Source: Candidatus Parcubacteria bacterium
Lineage (GTDB): Bacteria > Patescibacteriota > Minisyncoccia > UBA6257 > HR35
NCBI GenBank assembly: GCA_026004495.1
Contig: BPJG01000001.1
Location: 2,672-66,671 of the forward strand
Reading direction: 5' to 3'
DNA length: 64,000 nucleotides
Position 1 is the stretch's first letter, and each line of letters opens with the position of its first letter. Positions 8,334-17,176 of the stretch are shown one piece after another. The notes beneath the pieces were generated by a model, which did no database searches, had not been told where the DNA came from, and saw only the letters and a program-made list of their open reading frames with translations. The position numbers and the translations under genes are program-made.

Positions 8334-9584
8334 TTATAAACCAACTTCGTGGGGTAATTGATTTAAAATAAATTCTTTTGGTTTTTCAGTAAAAATAATT
8401 ATTTTTCCTAAAGAATGAGCATAGCCGATTTCCAGAAGATCATAAGCACCTACATAACCATTTGGATCGCAAACTATTAAAGCATCAGAATTTTCAATTG
8501 AATCTAAATGATATCTTTCAAGTTCTAATGGACTCAAATTCTCTTCGCCGGTAAAAATAACAAACTCTTCTCCCGGATTTTTGGGTTCCTCAAATCTAGG
8601 ACTTAAAATATGGACCCCATTATTTTCTAATTCTTTTTTAATCTTTAAAATATAATCTAAATGTTTTCTAAAACTCCCACTTATTGTAACATATCTAAAT
8701 TCTTGTCTAATTACACCATTTATTAAATTTGAATCAGAAGGAATAATTATTTGAATATTATATTTTTCACAGATTGCTTGAGCTAAAGCAGAAAAAGGTC
8801 TGGCTCCATGCATCCATTTAGGATTTTCCGGCATCATATTTTCTAATTCTTCTAACTTTATTTTTTCAAAAACTTCTTTATTCTTTAATTTATAATCTTC
8901 AAAAGATATTAGATAAGGATGATCCTCGTCGTCAAATAAATTATTTTTCTTAAGAGGATAATTCGCTACTTTCATATAAGTCAATTCACCTCCGCTAAGA
9001 AAAGCAATTTTTGGCTTATTTTCTATAGGAGGCAAAATCTCTTTAAATTGTTCTATCAACTCTTCTATTTTAATTTCCGATGTGCTTTTATTAATCTCAG
9101 GAAATTCATTTAAAATTTTTCCAACTCCTAATTCTATATTTTTTCTTTCTATAGCTTCTTCACCATACATAACTACAAGCTCAGTAGTGCCTCCTCCGAT
9201 ATTTACCAAAAGTAAAGGTTCATTTAAATTGCACTTACCTACCAATGCTTTCTCTAAGTAAAAATTTTCTAATTCATGAGAAATAATATTAAAATAAAGT
9301 CCTGTTTTTAAAAATATTTCATCAATAAAATTTCTTTTAGTTTTTGAAGCTAAATTTCTAAATATACCAGTGGTATAAATTTTTATTTTAGCATCATGAT
9401 TGCTTTCTTTGATTGAATATAGAAGCTCTAAAAGTTCTCTTTTGTTGTTTTCAGAAATACCTCCTTCAGGATCAAAGCCATCTTTAAAAAATATAGTCCT
9501 TTGAAGTAATTGCTCTAACTTATTTTCTTCATATTTATAAACTTTTATTGTCGATGAGCCTATGTCTAATAGAATTTTTTTCAT
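8334..9584 (-). CDS. Ppx/GppA-family (ASKHA fold) phosphatase-like protein with a C-terminal nucleoside 2-deoxyribosyltransferase-like domain
   Basis: N-terminal LLDIGSSTIKVY and LLVNIGGGTTELVV resemble the Ppx/GppA phosphate-binding loops. C-terminal ...DALIVCDPNGYVGAYDLLEIGYAHSLGKIIIF resembles the NDT/YtoQ-like fold. The C-terminal assignment is low confidence. Confidence 0.45.
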   Translation of the reverse strand: MKKILLDIGSSTIKVYKYEENKLEQLLQRTIFFKDGFDPEGGISENNKRELLELLYSIKESNHDAKIKIYTTGIFRNLASKTKRNFIDEIFLKTGLYFNIISHELENFYLEKALVGKCNLNEPLLLVNIGGGTTELVVMYGEEAIERKNIELGVGKILNEFPEINKSTSEIKIEELIEQFKEILPPIENKPKIAFLSGGELTYMKVANYPLKKNNLFDDEDHPYLISFEDYKLKNKEVFEKIKLEELENMMPENPKWMHGARPFSALAQAICEKYNIQIIIPSDSNLINGVIRQEFRYVTISGSFRKHLDYILKIKKELENNGVHILSPRFEEPKNPGEEFVIFTGEENLSPLELERYHLDSIENSDALIVCDPNGYVGAYDLLEIGYAHSLGKIIIFTEKPKEFILNQLPHEVGL

Positions 9585-9813
9585 CTTTATGTTTATTTTA
9601 AATTAGAAATTTTAAACTAAACTAAACTAAAATAAACTTATAATATCAAGTTATTTTCTATATTTTTTGCTTTCAATTTACAATTTTCCCACAAAGTCTG
9701 AAATTTTAATTAAAATTTATTATAATTTTGATAATTTTATTTCTTAAAAAATTAAAATTAGTTTCTAAAATTTATCACTTCGATGCTAAAAGAATTTTTG
9801 ATGAATTAAATAT

Positions 9814-9846
9814 TTGACAAATATACGGGGATGGGGTATAATTAAG
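9814..9846 (+). promoter_or_regulatory. Sigma70-type promoter TTGACA-N17-TATAAT with the CsoR/RcnR-type operator (TATAC-G4-AT-G4-TATA) in the spacer, upstream of csoR
   Basis: Consensus -35 and -10 boxes with 17-bp spacing. Same 23-bp core as at 5297..5319. Confidence 0.75.
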
Positions 9847-9855
9847 AAAAAGAAA

Positions 9856-10125
9856 ATGAACAAAGAATTAAAAAATAGAGTTTTAAGAAGATTGAATATA
9901 ATTAAGGGGCAGGTTGATGGTTTAAGGAATATGATTGAAAATGATAAATATTGCATTGATATTTTAATTCAGTCAATGGCAATTAAAAATGCTTTGTCAG
10001 GGATTGAAGACTTAATTTTAGAAAATCATCTAAAAACTCATGTTAAAGAACAATTTAAAACCAAAAAAGAAAAAGTCGCAGTTAAAGAATTAGTAAAAAT
10101 TTATAAATTAGCAAAAAGAAAATGA
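9856..10125 (+). CDS. csoR: CsoR/RcnR-family metal-sensing transcriptional repressor (DUF156). The true start is MNKELK at 9856; the longer ORF in the track reads through the operator.
   Basis: RLNIIKGQVDGLRNMIENDKYCIDILIQSMAIKNALSGIEDLILENHLKTH: the CsoR W-X-Y-Z region with Cys and His ligand positions. Confidence 0.8.
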   Translation: MNKELKNRVLRRLNIIKGQVDGLRNMIENDKYCIDILIQSMAIKNALSGIEDLILENHLKTHVKEQFKTKKEKVAVKELVKIYKLAKRK

Positions 10126-10757
10126 ATAAACACAAATTGCAACGAATATATTACGAATGGCAACAAATAATTAAGATATTATTTTTAAGTTTTTTAATTC
10201 TCTTTTCTTTAAATTTTACTTTTGCTCACACTGAAGATGCTGAACTTAATACTGAAATTCAAAAGGGTAGAGAATTGGTTGAGAAATTTTATCGCGGTGA
10301 AATTAAATGCCAAGATTTAACCAATGAAGATTTTCATTCAGTTGGTGAATATGTAATGGAGCAGATGGTTGGTGGGAGTGATCATTTAACAATGAATAAA
10401 ATGATTGAACAAATGCATGGCAAAGAAGGAGAAGAATTGATGCATATTAATATGGGGAAAAGATTTTTAGGTTGTGAAACGCTAACATCTTCGAATTCTA
10501 GGCGAACTAATGCAAACAACTTCTTTATGATGCCGATGCATATGTGGGGTTCAAATTTTCCAATGATGGGTTATTGGCAAGGATGGTGGAATTTTACTAA
10601 TTGGAGAGGTTGGAATGTTTTAGTACCGATTTTTGGAATTTTAAGCTTTTTATGGCTTTTGATAATTTTATCTTTTCCAGTTTTAGTGTTAATTTTGCTT
10701 GTTTTGAGCATAGTTTATTTGATTAAAAAGTTAAGAAACGAAATTAAAAAAGAATAA
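10122..10757 (+). CDS. Met/His-rich membrane-anchored protein, putative copper-binding. A degenerate copy of the CGCAGAC element lies at ~10494-10520.
   Basis: Signal/TM segment, M/H-rich motifs (MMPMHMWGSNFPMMGYWQGWW) and a C-terminal TM. ATGA overlap with csoR. Confidence 0.5.
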   Translation: MNKHKLQRIYYEWQQIIKILFLSFLILFSLNFTFAHTEDAELNTEIQKGRELVEKFYRGEIKCQDLTNEDFHSVGEYVMEQMVGGSDHLTMNKMIEQMHGKEGEELMHINMGKRFLGCETLTSSNSRRTNANNFFMMPMHMWGSNFPMMGYWQGWWNFTNWRGWNVLVPIFGILSFLWLLIILSFPVLVLILLVLSIVYLIKKLRNEIKKE

Positions 10758-10758
10758 A

Positions 10759-11847
10759 ATGGTTAAAATAATTAAGAACGAGGATAAAGATTATTATCAA
10801 TGTGAAGAATGTCAATATTTTTATGAAAATGAAGTACTAGCAAAAGAATGTGAAGATTGGTGTCAAAAATATAAAAGTTGTAATTTAGAAATTATAAAAC
10901 AAGCAGTCAAATTGCAAAATAATGAAGAAAACGAAAACAATCTTAATGAAAATAATTTAAAACAAAAGCTTAACTTAAAACAACTTTTAATTGGTATTTT
11001 GATTGGAGTATCAGTTATTTTTATTTTGACTAATTTTACTTTCGTAAAAATACCTAAAACTAGTTCTAATAACTCAATTAATAATCAATTAATTCAGCAA
11101 ATTATTGCCCAGGTTTTGCCTCAAGAAGGATTTAAAACAAGAATAGTTTTTGGTGATGCAGTTAAAAAAATGATTGATTGTGGAGTGATTGATTTAGAAA
11201 AAATGACAAAATTATATAATGGTAAGGTTCCTGAGTATATACAAAAATTGATAGAAGGCTCAAATGAGCCAATTGTTATCAATCAAGAAACTGCTAATTA
11301 TCTTTTAAATTTATTTTGGCCCTTAGGACTTTCAAATAAAACTGAATTTAATAAAAATATTCCTTTTTCAGAAAAAGATCTACCTCATTTAGCTTCAACT
11401 GGTGGTTGGTGGTTAGGTAAAAAAGAGAATGGTGCTGAATATTTTAATAAATGTGAAATTATAAAATTAACACCTCAGCAAGAAGAAATTGTTTATCGAG
11501 TCGCTCAAAATACTTTTCGTCCGTGTTGTGATAATTCAACATTCGCTCAAGATTGTAATCATGGTTCAGCCTTACTCGGTGCTTTAGAATTGGCTGCTTC
11601 TCAAGGTTATTCAGAAGATGAGCTTTATAAATTAGCATTACAGCTTAATTCATTTTGGTTTCCTCAAAATTACATAAAAATTGCTTTATATAAAAAATTA
11701 GTTGAAGGCAAAGACTGGCAAAATGTTGATCCAAAAGAAATTATGTCAGCTAAGTTTTCATCAATTTCAGGTTATATTCAAAATGTTGAGAAAAAATTAG
11801 CTAATGTACCAAACATTCCTTCAACTGGCGCAGGATGTGGATTGTGA
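10759..11847 (+). CDS. Hypothetical membrane-anchored protein with an N-terminal CxxC..CxxC zinc ribbon
   Basis: YYQCEECQ...CEDWCQ, one TM segment and a large extracytoplasmic domain ending GAGCGL. Confidence 0.4.
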   Translation: MVKIIKNEDKDYYQCEECQYFYENEVLAKECEDWCQKYKSCNLEIIKQAVKLQNNEENENNLNENNLKQKLNLKQLLIGILIGVSVIFILTNFTFVKIPKTSSNNSINNQLIQQIIAQVLPQEGFKTRIVFGDAVKKMIDCGVIDLEKMTKLYNGKVPEYIQKLIEGSNEPIVINQETANYLLNLFWPLGLSNKTEFNKNIPFSEKDLPHLASTGGWWLGKKENGAEYFNKCEIIKLTPQQEEIVYRVAQNTFRPCCDNSTFAQDCNHGSALLGALELAASQGYSEDELYKLALQLNSFWFPQNYIKIALYKKLVEGKDWQNVDPKEIMSAKFSSISGYIQNVEKKLANVPNIPSTGAGCGL

Positions 11848-12449
11848 AAAATTTTAAATTTATACTAATAAGTCTTCTAGGGATTTCGATTTTATTTAAT
11901 GGCTATTTGTTTTATCAAAAAATTAATTTAGATAAAAAGGTTTCTGAAATTCAAAAATATTTGTTGGATTTAGGCAGGCTCTCAGGAATTGATAATTATG
12001 GGTCGACACACATTCATGCAGATATCAAAATCTATTTAAATGGCGAAGAATTAAATTTATATAGTCCAGAAAATTTTGAAAAAAATCAATTTGTTCATTT
12101 TCATGAAACTAAAGATAAAACAAAACCTAATGATAATGTTATCCATATTCACGCTAAAGGCATAACTTTAAAACACTTTTTTAAATCTTTGGGAATTGAA
12201 TTAGAAAAAAATTGCTTCACTTATAATTTAAAAAGATATTGTAATGATGGTAAAAACACATTAAAGATATATGTTAACGGAAAGAGAATAGATAATTATG
12301 CAGATTATGAAATTAAAGACTTAGATAAAATATTAGTAAGTTATGGTTCAGAAAATGAAAAAGAAATTCAAAAACAAATTAATTCAGTCGGTAATAATTC
12401 AAAATTTCACAGCACCAAATTTAATTTTGAGTGCGGTGATGGATGCTAA
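11835..12449 (+). CDS. Hypothetical secreted/membrane-anchored protein with His-rich motifs (HIHADIK, FVHFHETK, IHIHAKG) and a C-terminal CGDGC
   Basis: N-terminal TM/signal segment and His-rich putative metal-binding motifs. In the operon with csoR. Confidence 0.4.
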   Translation: MWIVKNFKFILISLLGISILFNGYLFYQKINLDKKVSEIQKYLLDLGRLSGIDNYGSTHIHADIKIYLNGEELNLYSPENFEKNQFVHFHETKDKTKPNDNVIHIHAKGITLKHFFKSLGIELEKNCFTYNLKRYCNDGKNTLKIYVNGKRIDNYADYEIKDLDKILVSYGSENEKEIQKQINSVGNNSKFHSTKFNFECGDGC

Positions 12450-12931
12450 AAATGAAAAAGAATAATCTCTGGCTTTTAATTGGAATAATCTTGGGCGCTA
12501 TTTTGATTTTGTTAATTTCAAACAATTTGTCGTTAAAACCTTCAAATAAATTTTCAGGGATTAAAGCAAAAGTTTATTATCAAGAAAATTGTGGTTGTTG
12601 TAAAGAATATATTGACTATTTGAGAAGGAATGGATTTAATATAGAGACGCAGGTTATGAGTTTGGAAGAGTTAGATAGGAATAAAAAAGAGCTAAAAATT
12701 CCGGAAAGTTTGTACGCTTGCCACACAGTTTTAATCGGGGATTATTTTATTGAAGGCCATATTCCAATTGAAGCAATTCAAAAGCTTTTAACTGAAAAAC
12801 CAGACATTAATGGAATTGCTTTACCAGGAATGCCTTCAGGATCACCAGGAATGCCAGGCTTTAAAATCTATCCCTTCAAAATTCATTCAGTCAAAAATGG
12901 AGAAGATAAAGGAATATTTATGGAGATATGA
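12443..12931 (+). CDS. DUF411-family periplasmic metal (copper) resistance-associated protein
   Basis: Signal peptide, then the CGCCKEYIDYLRRNGFNIE motif (the CxCC motif of DUF411). Confidence 0.65.
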   Translation: MLKMKKNNLWLLIGIILGAILILLISNNLSLKPSNKFSGIKAKVYYQENCGCCKEYIDYLRRNGFNIETQVMSLEELDRNKKELKIPESLYACHTVLIGDYFIEGHIPIEAIQKLLTEKPDINGIALPGMPSGSPGMPGFKIYPFKIHSVKNGEDKGIFMEI

Positions 12932-12987
12932 ACGCAGACCTATGCGGACTACACGCAGACTTTCGCAGACAATAATAAATCGCAGAC
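12931..12987. repeat. (nnACGCAGAC)-type tandem-repeat mini-element, 5 units, immediately 3' of the DUF411 stop
   Basis: aacgcagacctatgcggactacacgcagactttcgcagacaataataaatcgcagac. Confidence 0.75.
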
Positions 12988-13270
12988 TAGTGGAGAAATT
13001 ATATTTGAAAATTTAATTAACGAAAAATGAAAATTGTTTTTTTATTAATTATAACAATTTTACCATTTTTTGCTTTTGCTCATTGTCCGTTGCGTACTTT
13101 ATCTTGATCTTATTTACTTTAAAACAAAGTCCCCAATCAACACTTCAAAAACTTCTTGAATGCTGTAAAAATTGGTAAAATTTAATTAATGATATAGATA
13201 TTCGCGATCTTAGTCTTTTAATTTTTAGTAATTAGAGTATTTTTTAATAACTTAAAAAAGAACAGAAAGA

Positions 13271-14434
13271 ATGAACAAAAAGAAAATCTTAGGAGTGAAT
13301 AAGAATGTTTTTTATTTAAGTTTAGTGAGTTTGTTTAATGATTTTTCAAGCGAGATGGTTTATTCAATTATGCCTGTTTTTTTAACCAGAGTTTTAGGTG
13401 CGCCAATTTGGTTTGTTGGTTTTTTAGAAGGATTTGCCGAGGCTTTAAATAATATTTTAAAAATTTTTTCAGGCAGATTAGCAGATTATCTCAATCGACG
13501 AAAAATTTTAGCAGTTTTTGGTTATTCAATTTCAACTTTGACAAGATTTTTTCTTTATTTAGTTAATAATTTTTGGCAAATTTTGGTTTTAAGAGTTTTA
13601 GATAGAGTAGGTAAGGGCCTGCGTGATGCTCCTAGAGATGCTTTAATTTATTTATTTTCAGAAAAAGAACAATTAAATAAATTATATAATTTTCATCGAG
13701 CCTTTGATACAATTGGAGCAATCTTAGGACCAATTGTTGGTTTTATTCTTTTAAATTATTTTCTTCAATTAAATTATAGATTATTATTTTTAATTGCTTC
13801 ACTTTTAGGCTTTTTAACAATTTTAACTTTTATTTTTGTTGAAGATAAAAAAGAAAATTATTCAAAAAATAAAAAATTTATTTTCAGTTTAAAAATTTTT
13901 CCAGCCAACTTAAAACTTTATTTAATTTCATTCTTTTTATTTTCTCTAGGCTATTTTCCTCTTTCATTTACTCTTTTAAGAATTCAAACAATTGATTCAA
14001 GTTTAAAAACATTACCACTTTTTTATTTTATCTTTAATTTCTTCTTTGTTATTTTTGCTTTCCCAATTGGTAAATTGGCTGATAAATATGGAGAAAGATT
14101 AATGTTAAAACTCGGATTTATTTTTGCTATTTTATCTTTTTTGATTTTTTCAATCCCTAATAATCTTTTAATTTTTCCAGCAATTGTTTTGCTTTCTTTA
14201 AGTTTAGCTTTGATTGATGGAATTAAAGTGGTTTATCTAGGTAAAAATATTGCTCAAGAATATTTGGCTACAGCTCAGGGTACTTTAAATTCTCTATATG
14301 GCTTTGGCCAACTTTTTGGCGGTTTAATTGGTGGCTTGATTTGGACAAAATTAAACTTTACTTATGCTTTTATTTATGGATGTTTTTTAATTCTAATGTC
14401 ATTAATATTAATTGATCTTGCTCTGAGAAAATAA
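13271..14434 (+). CDS. MFS-family transporter
   Basis: About 12 predicted TM segments and an MFS-like loop motif (LDRVGKGLRDAPRDALI). Confidence 0.7.
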   Translation: MNKKKILGVNKNVFYLSLVSLFNDFSSEMVYSIMPVFLTRVLGAPIWFVGFLEGFAEALNNILKIFSGRLADYLNRRKILAVFGYSISTLTRFFLYLVNNFWQILVLRVLDRVGKGLRDAPRDALIYLFSEKEQLNKLYNFHRAFDTIGAILGPIVGFILLNYFLQLNYRLLFLIASLLGFLTILTFIFVEDKKENYSKNKKFIFSLKIFPANLKLYLISFFLFSLGYFPLSFTLLRIQTIDSSLKTLPLFYFIFNFFFVIFAFPIGKLADKYGERLMLKLGFIFAILSFLIFSIPNNLLIFPAIVLLSLSLALIDGIKVVYLGKNIAQEYLATAQGTLNSLYGFGQLFGGLIGGLIWTKLNFTYAFIYGCFLILMSLILIDLALRK

Positions 14435-14496
14435 ATTAAAAACTTGATAATGATTATTTTATGCAATAATATTTTTGAATAAATATTAAAATTGAA

Positions 14497-15000
14497 GTAA
14501 CTTGCATTAATGTTGGTTGCGTACTATCAAAATTTTTAATTAATAAAGTAAAAATAAGTGTTTTAAAAAATCATTATTTAAATTTTGCTGAAGTTATTGA
14601 AGAAGAAATAAATTTAGTTAACTTAGTACCTTATACAATCTTTACTGATCCAAAATTAGCTGACATTGGTTTTACTGAAGAAAGTGAATTGAAAGAATTA
14701 AATGTTTGTGCTTGTCGTGTTTTGAAATTAAAATTTGTACCCAAAGAAAGAATAATTAAAGAAACTGATGGTTTAATAAAAATGCTGATTAATCCTAAAA
14801 CAAAAGAAATAACTGGTCTTCATCTTTTAGCATCATTTGCTAGTGAAATTATCAATCAAGGAATCTGGTTAATTAAAAATAAAATGACAATTGATGATGT
14901 TATTAATTCAATGCCTGTTTTTCCAACAATTTCTAAATCAATTAAACTTTGCGCTTTAAGTTTTTATAAAGATGTCGCCAAAATTAGTTGTTGTATCTAA
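14497..15000 (+). pseudogene. merA: Remnant of a class I pyridine nucleotide-disulfide oxidoreductase, most likely mercuric reductase MerA. The redox-active CxxxxC motif is fused directly to the C-terminal dimerisation domain and the C-terminal Cys-Cys pair; the central ~300 aa are missing.
   Basis: TCINVGCVLSK (disulfide active site), then ...VPYTIFTDPKLADIGFTEE ... LHLLASFASEIINQGIWLIKNKMTIDDVINSMPVFPT ... KISCCI*. No start codon and no FAD/NAD(P) domains. Confidence 0.55.
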
Positions 15001-15187
15001 AATGGAAATAATTGAAGCAATAAAATTAATTTTTATAAATGAAAAACAAAGATTGTTATATATTTTGAGTTTTCTTGTTTTAACTTTAATTTTTATTTTT
15101 CTTTTTGCTGAACTTTAAGTTTTATTAAACATTGAACCTGATAATGTTTGGCTTTACTTTCAAATCTGGCGCTTAAAAGATTGGTCA

Positions 15188-15529
15188 ATGATAATCACTC
15201 TTTCGAGTTTAATATCGCTTAATTTAATATTTTTTATTTATTTGATGACACGCAGATTTACGCAGACTACACGTAGAACTACGCAGACAGTTATTAAGTC
15301 AACATCCACAACCATCATTGGCACTTTATCAGCAATTTTTTCAGGAATTTTAGCAACTGCTTTCTGCTCTTCTTGTTTAGTTGCTTTATCTAGTATTTTA
15401 GGAATTAGCTTTGCTTTAGGAATTTTGCTTTTAAAATACAGATTTTGGATTTTTATTATCTCAATCATTATCCTTTTAATTTCTCTCCACCTCACTTCAA
15501 AAAAGATAAACAAAAATTGTAATCGCTAA
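15188..15529 (+). CDS. Small polytopic membrane protein with CSSC in a TM segment, carrying an in-frame CGCAGAC-element insertion (TRRFTQTTRRTTQT)
   Basis: Three or four hydrophobic segments and ATAFCSSCLVAL. The repeat at 15249..15289 lies inside the ORF. Confidence 0.4.
   Translation: MIITLSSLISLNLIFFIYLMTRRFTQTTRRTTQTVIKSTSTTIIGTLSAIFSGILATAFCSSCLVALSSILGISFALGILLLKYRFWIFIISIIILLISLHLTSKKINKNCNR
15249..15289. repeat. 41-bp (ACGCAGAnnn)x4 mini-element, near-identical to 31659..31699
   Basis: acgcagatttacgcagactacacgtagaactacgcagacag. Confidence 0.8.
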
Positions 15530-15658
15530 AAATTACCTCTTTTTAACAAATAAAAAACACAAAACAATCACACTACTTTTTTTAGCAAAAGATATTGAGA
15601 ATAATAACGCATTGGTTTTAAAAGAAGCAATAGAGAAATAAAATTTATTTTAAATTTT

Positions 15659-15997
15659 TTACTCTAAAATTTTATCTATCTTTGCTGCTAAAATAAAATC
15701 ATTTTGATGAAGACCTTTGATTGCATGAGTCCATAATTCTATTTCAACTTTATTGTAAAAAATATAAATATCAGGATGATGTCCTTCTTCTTCAGATATT
15801 TCTGCTACTTTATTTACAAACTCCATTGCCTCTTTAAAATCTTTAAATTCAAATTTTTTTCTTATTTTATGTGGTTTTCCTTCTTCTCTTACTAACTCCC
15901 AATCCTTAACTTCTTTTATATATTTTTCTTCCTCTTCATCGCTCAACGGCGGAACTCCTCCCTTACATGGTATACAATGTATCTTGTTAAGCTCCAT
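15659..15997 (-). CDS. Pterin-4a-carbinolamine dehydratase (PCD/DCoH)
   Basis: EEEGHHPDIYIFYNKVEIELWTHAIKGLHQNDFILAAKID: the signature [EH]-H-H-P-D and THxxxGL motifs. Confidence 0.8.
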   Translation of the reverse strand: MELNKIHCIPCKGGVPPLSDEEEEKYIKEVKDWELVREEGKPHKIRKKFEFKDFKEAMEFVNKVAEISEEEGHHPDIYIFYNKVEIELWTHAIKGLHQNDFILAAKIDKILE

Positions 15998-16409
15998 ATG
16001 TTAATTATAAGATATTATATATTAAAGACAACAAAATAAACAACTTTATTGTTTTATTAGAAATTTTGAAGGTTTAATCATTATTTAAATAATATAAAAA
16101 ATTATCATATTACAAAAAATTTGAAAATATTCTTTTAATTATAAAAATATATATCTAATCGAAAATTGATTTAAGCGTTTAAGATGCTATAGCGTTTTAA
16201 ACTGTCAGATTATCAAAGATAAATTTTAAAAGATATAGCGTTTTATTTTATTTTCATTTCTAAATTAAAATTCAATTGATTATTTTCTTACTTTTTTAAG
16301 AAATTAAAAAATAGATAAAAACAATCCTTTCTTTAAATACAAATAAATATTCTAATATCTTGTAGAGTGTTAAAATGTTTTCTATTTAATTTTTATTGGA
16401 AGTTTATTT

Positions 16410-17123
16410 TTAATATCCACTAAAGTTTTCGCCTTTGATTTTTTCTTCGTCAACTCCCATATTGCTTAAAAGTTTATACATTGCCTGAGACATTTGTGGA
16501 GGGCCAGCGATATAAAAAATTGTATTTATAATTTCTTTACCTAAATATTTTTTAATCATTTCTTCATTAATATAATTTCTTTCACCATCCCAATATTTGA
16601 AAGAATTTTCCATTTGAGTCATGGTAGCAATTAATTTTATTTTTCCTTGTTTATCATATTCTAAAAGTTCGTCTAAATAAGCAGTATCTTCAGGACGACG
16701 ATTTGAATAAAAAAGATAAATTTTATATGGCAAATTATTTTTGGCAGAATATCTAATCATACTCATAAAAGGGGTGATACCAATTCCACCAGCAATAAAG
16801 GCAATAGTTTTATTAGTATCCTTTGGCAAGACCATTTGACCATAAGGACCATCAATTTCTATTTCGCTGCCCTCTGATAAATTTTTTAATAATCTTTTAA
16901 AATCAGAATTTCTCATTCTAATAGCAAAACAAATTTTATTTTCATCGGGACTGGAAACAACCGAAAATACTCTTTCATTTTTTTCTTCATCAATTTCCGT
17001 TGTATTTATTAATTTTAAAACAAAATGCTGGCCAGCTTTAAAATTTAAACCTTCAGGTTTTCCAAAACAAAACTCCATTGTTCCCTCAGCTATTTCCTTT
17101 TTTGATAAAAGTTTAATTTTCAT
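16410..17123 (-). CDS. Ferredoxin-NADP+ reductase-like FAD/NAD(P)-binding oxidoreductase (PyrK/sulfite-reductase-B-like). The likely start is MKIKLL; the longer ORF has a poly-Ile leader.
   Basis: FAIRMRNSDFKRL... (FAD-binding RxYS-like) and IAFIAGGIGITPFMSMI (the NAD(P)-binding GGxGxxP motif). Confidence 0.65.
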   Translation of the reverse strand: MKIKLLSKKEIAEGTMEFCFGKPEGLNFKAGQHFVLKLINTTEIDEEKNERVFSVVSSPDENKICFAIRMRNSDFKRLLKNLSEGSEIEIDGPYGQMVLPKDTNKTIAFIAGGIGITPFMSMIRYSAKNNLPYKIYLFYSNRRPEDTAYLDELLEYDKQGKIKLIATMTQMENSFKYWDGERNYINEEMIKKYLGKEIINTIFYIAGPPQMSQAMYKLLSNMGVDEEKIKGENFSGY

Positions 17124-17176
17124 AATAATATAAATTATAATAATTATTATAATTAATTTTAATCTCAAAATATACT

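Noticed and set aside
12810-13016. 68-aa ORF overlapping the DUF411 3' end
   Set aside because: It is open only because it reads through the CGCAGAC repeat (RRPMRTTRRLSQT). No start context and it overlaps a supported gene.
13028-13108. 26-aa ORF MKIVFLLIITILPFFAFAHCPLRTLS in the gap before the MFS gene
   Set aside because: Signal-peptide-like but too short, with nothing downstream in frame. It may be a relic 5' end of a lost secreted protein. Not reportable as a gene.
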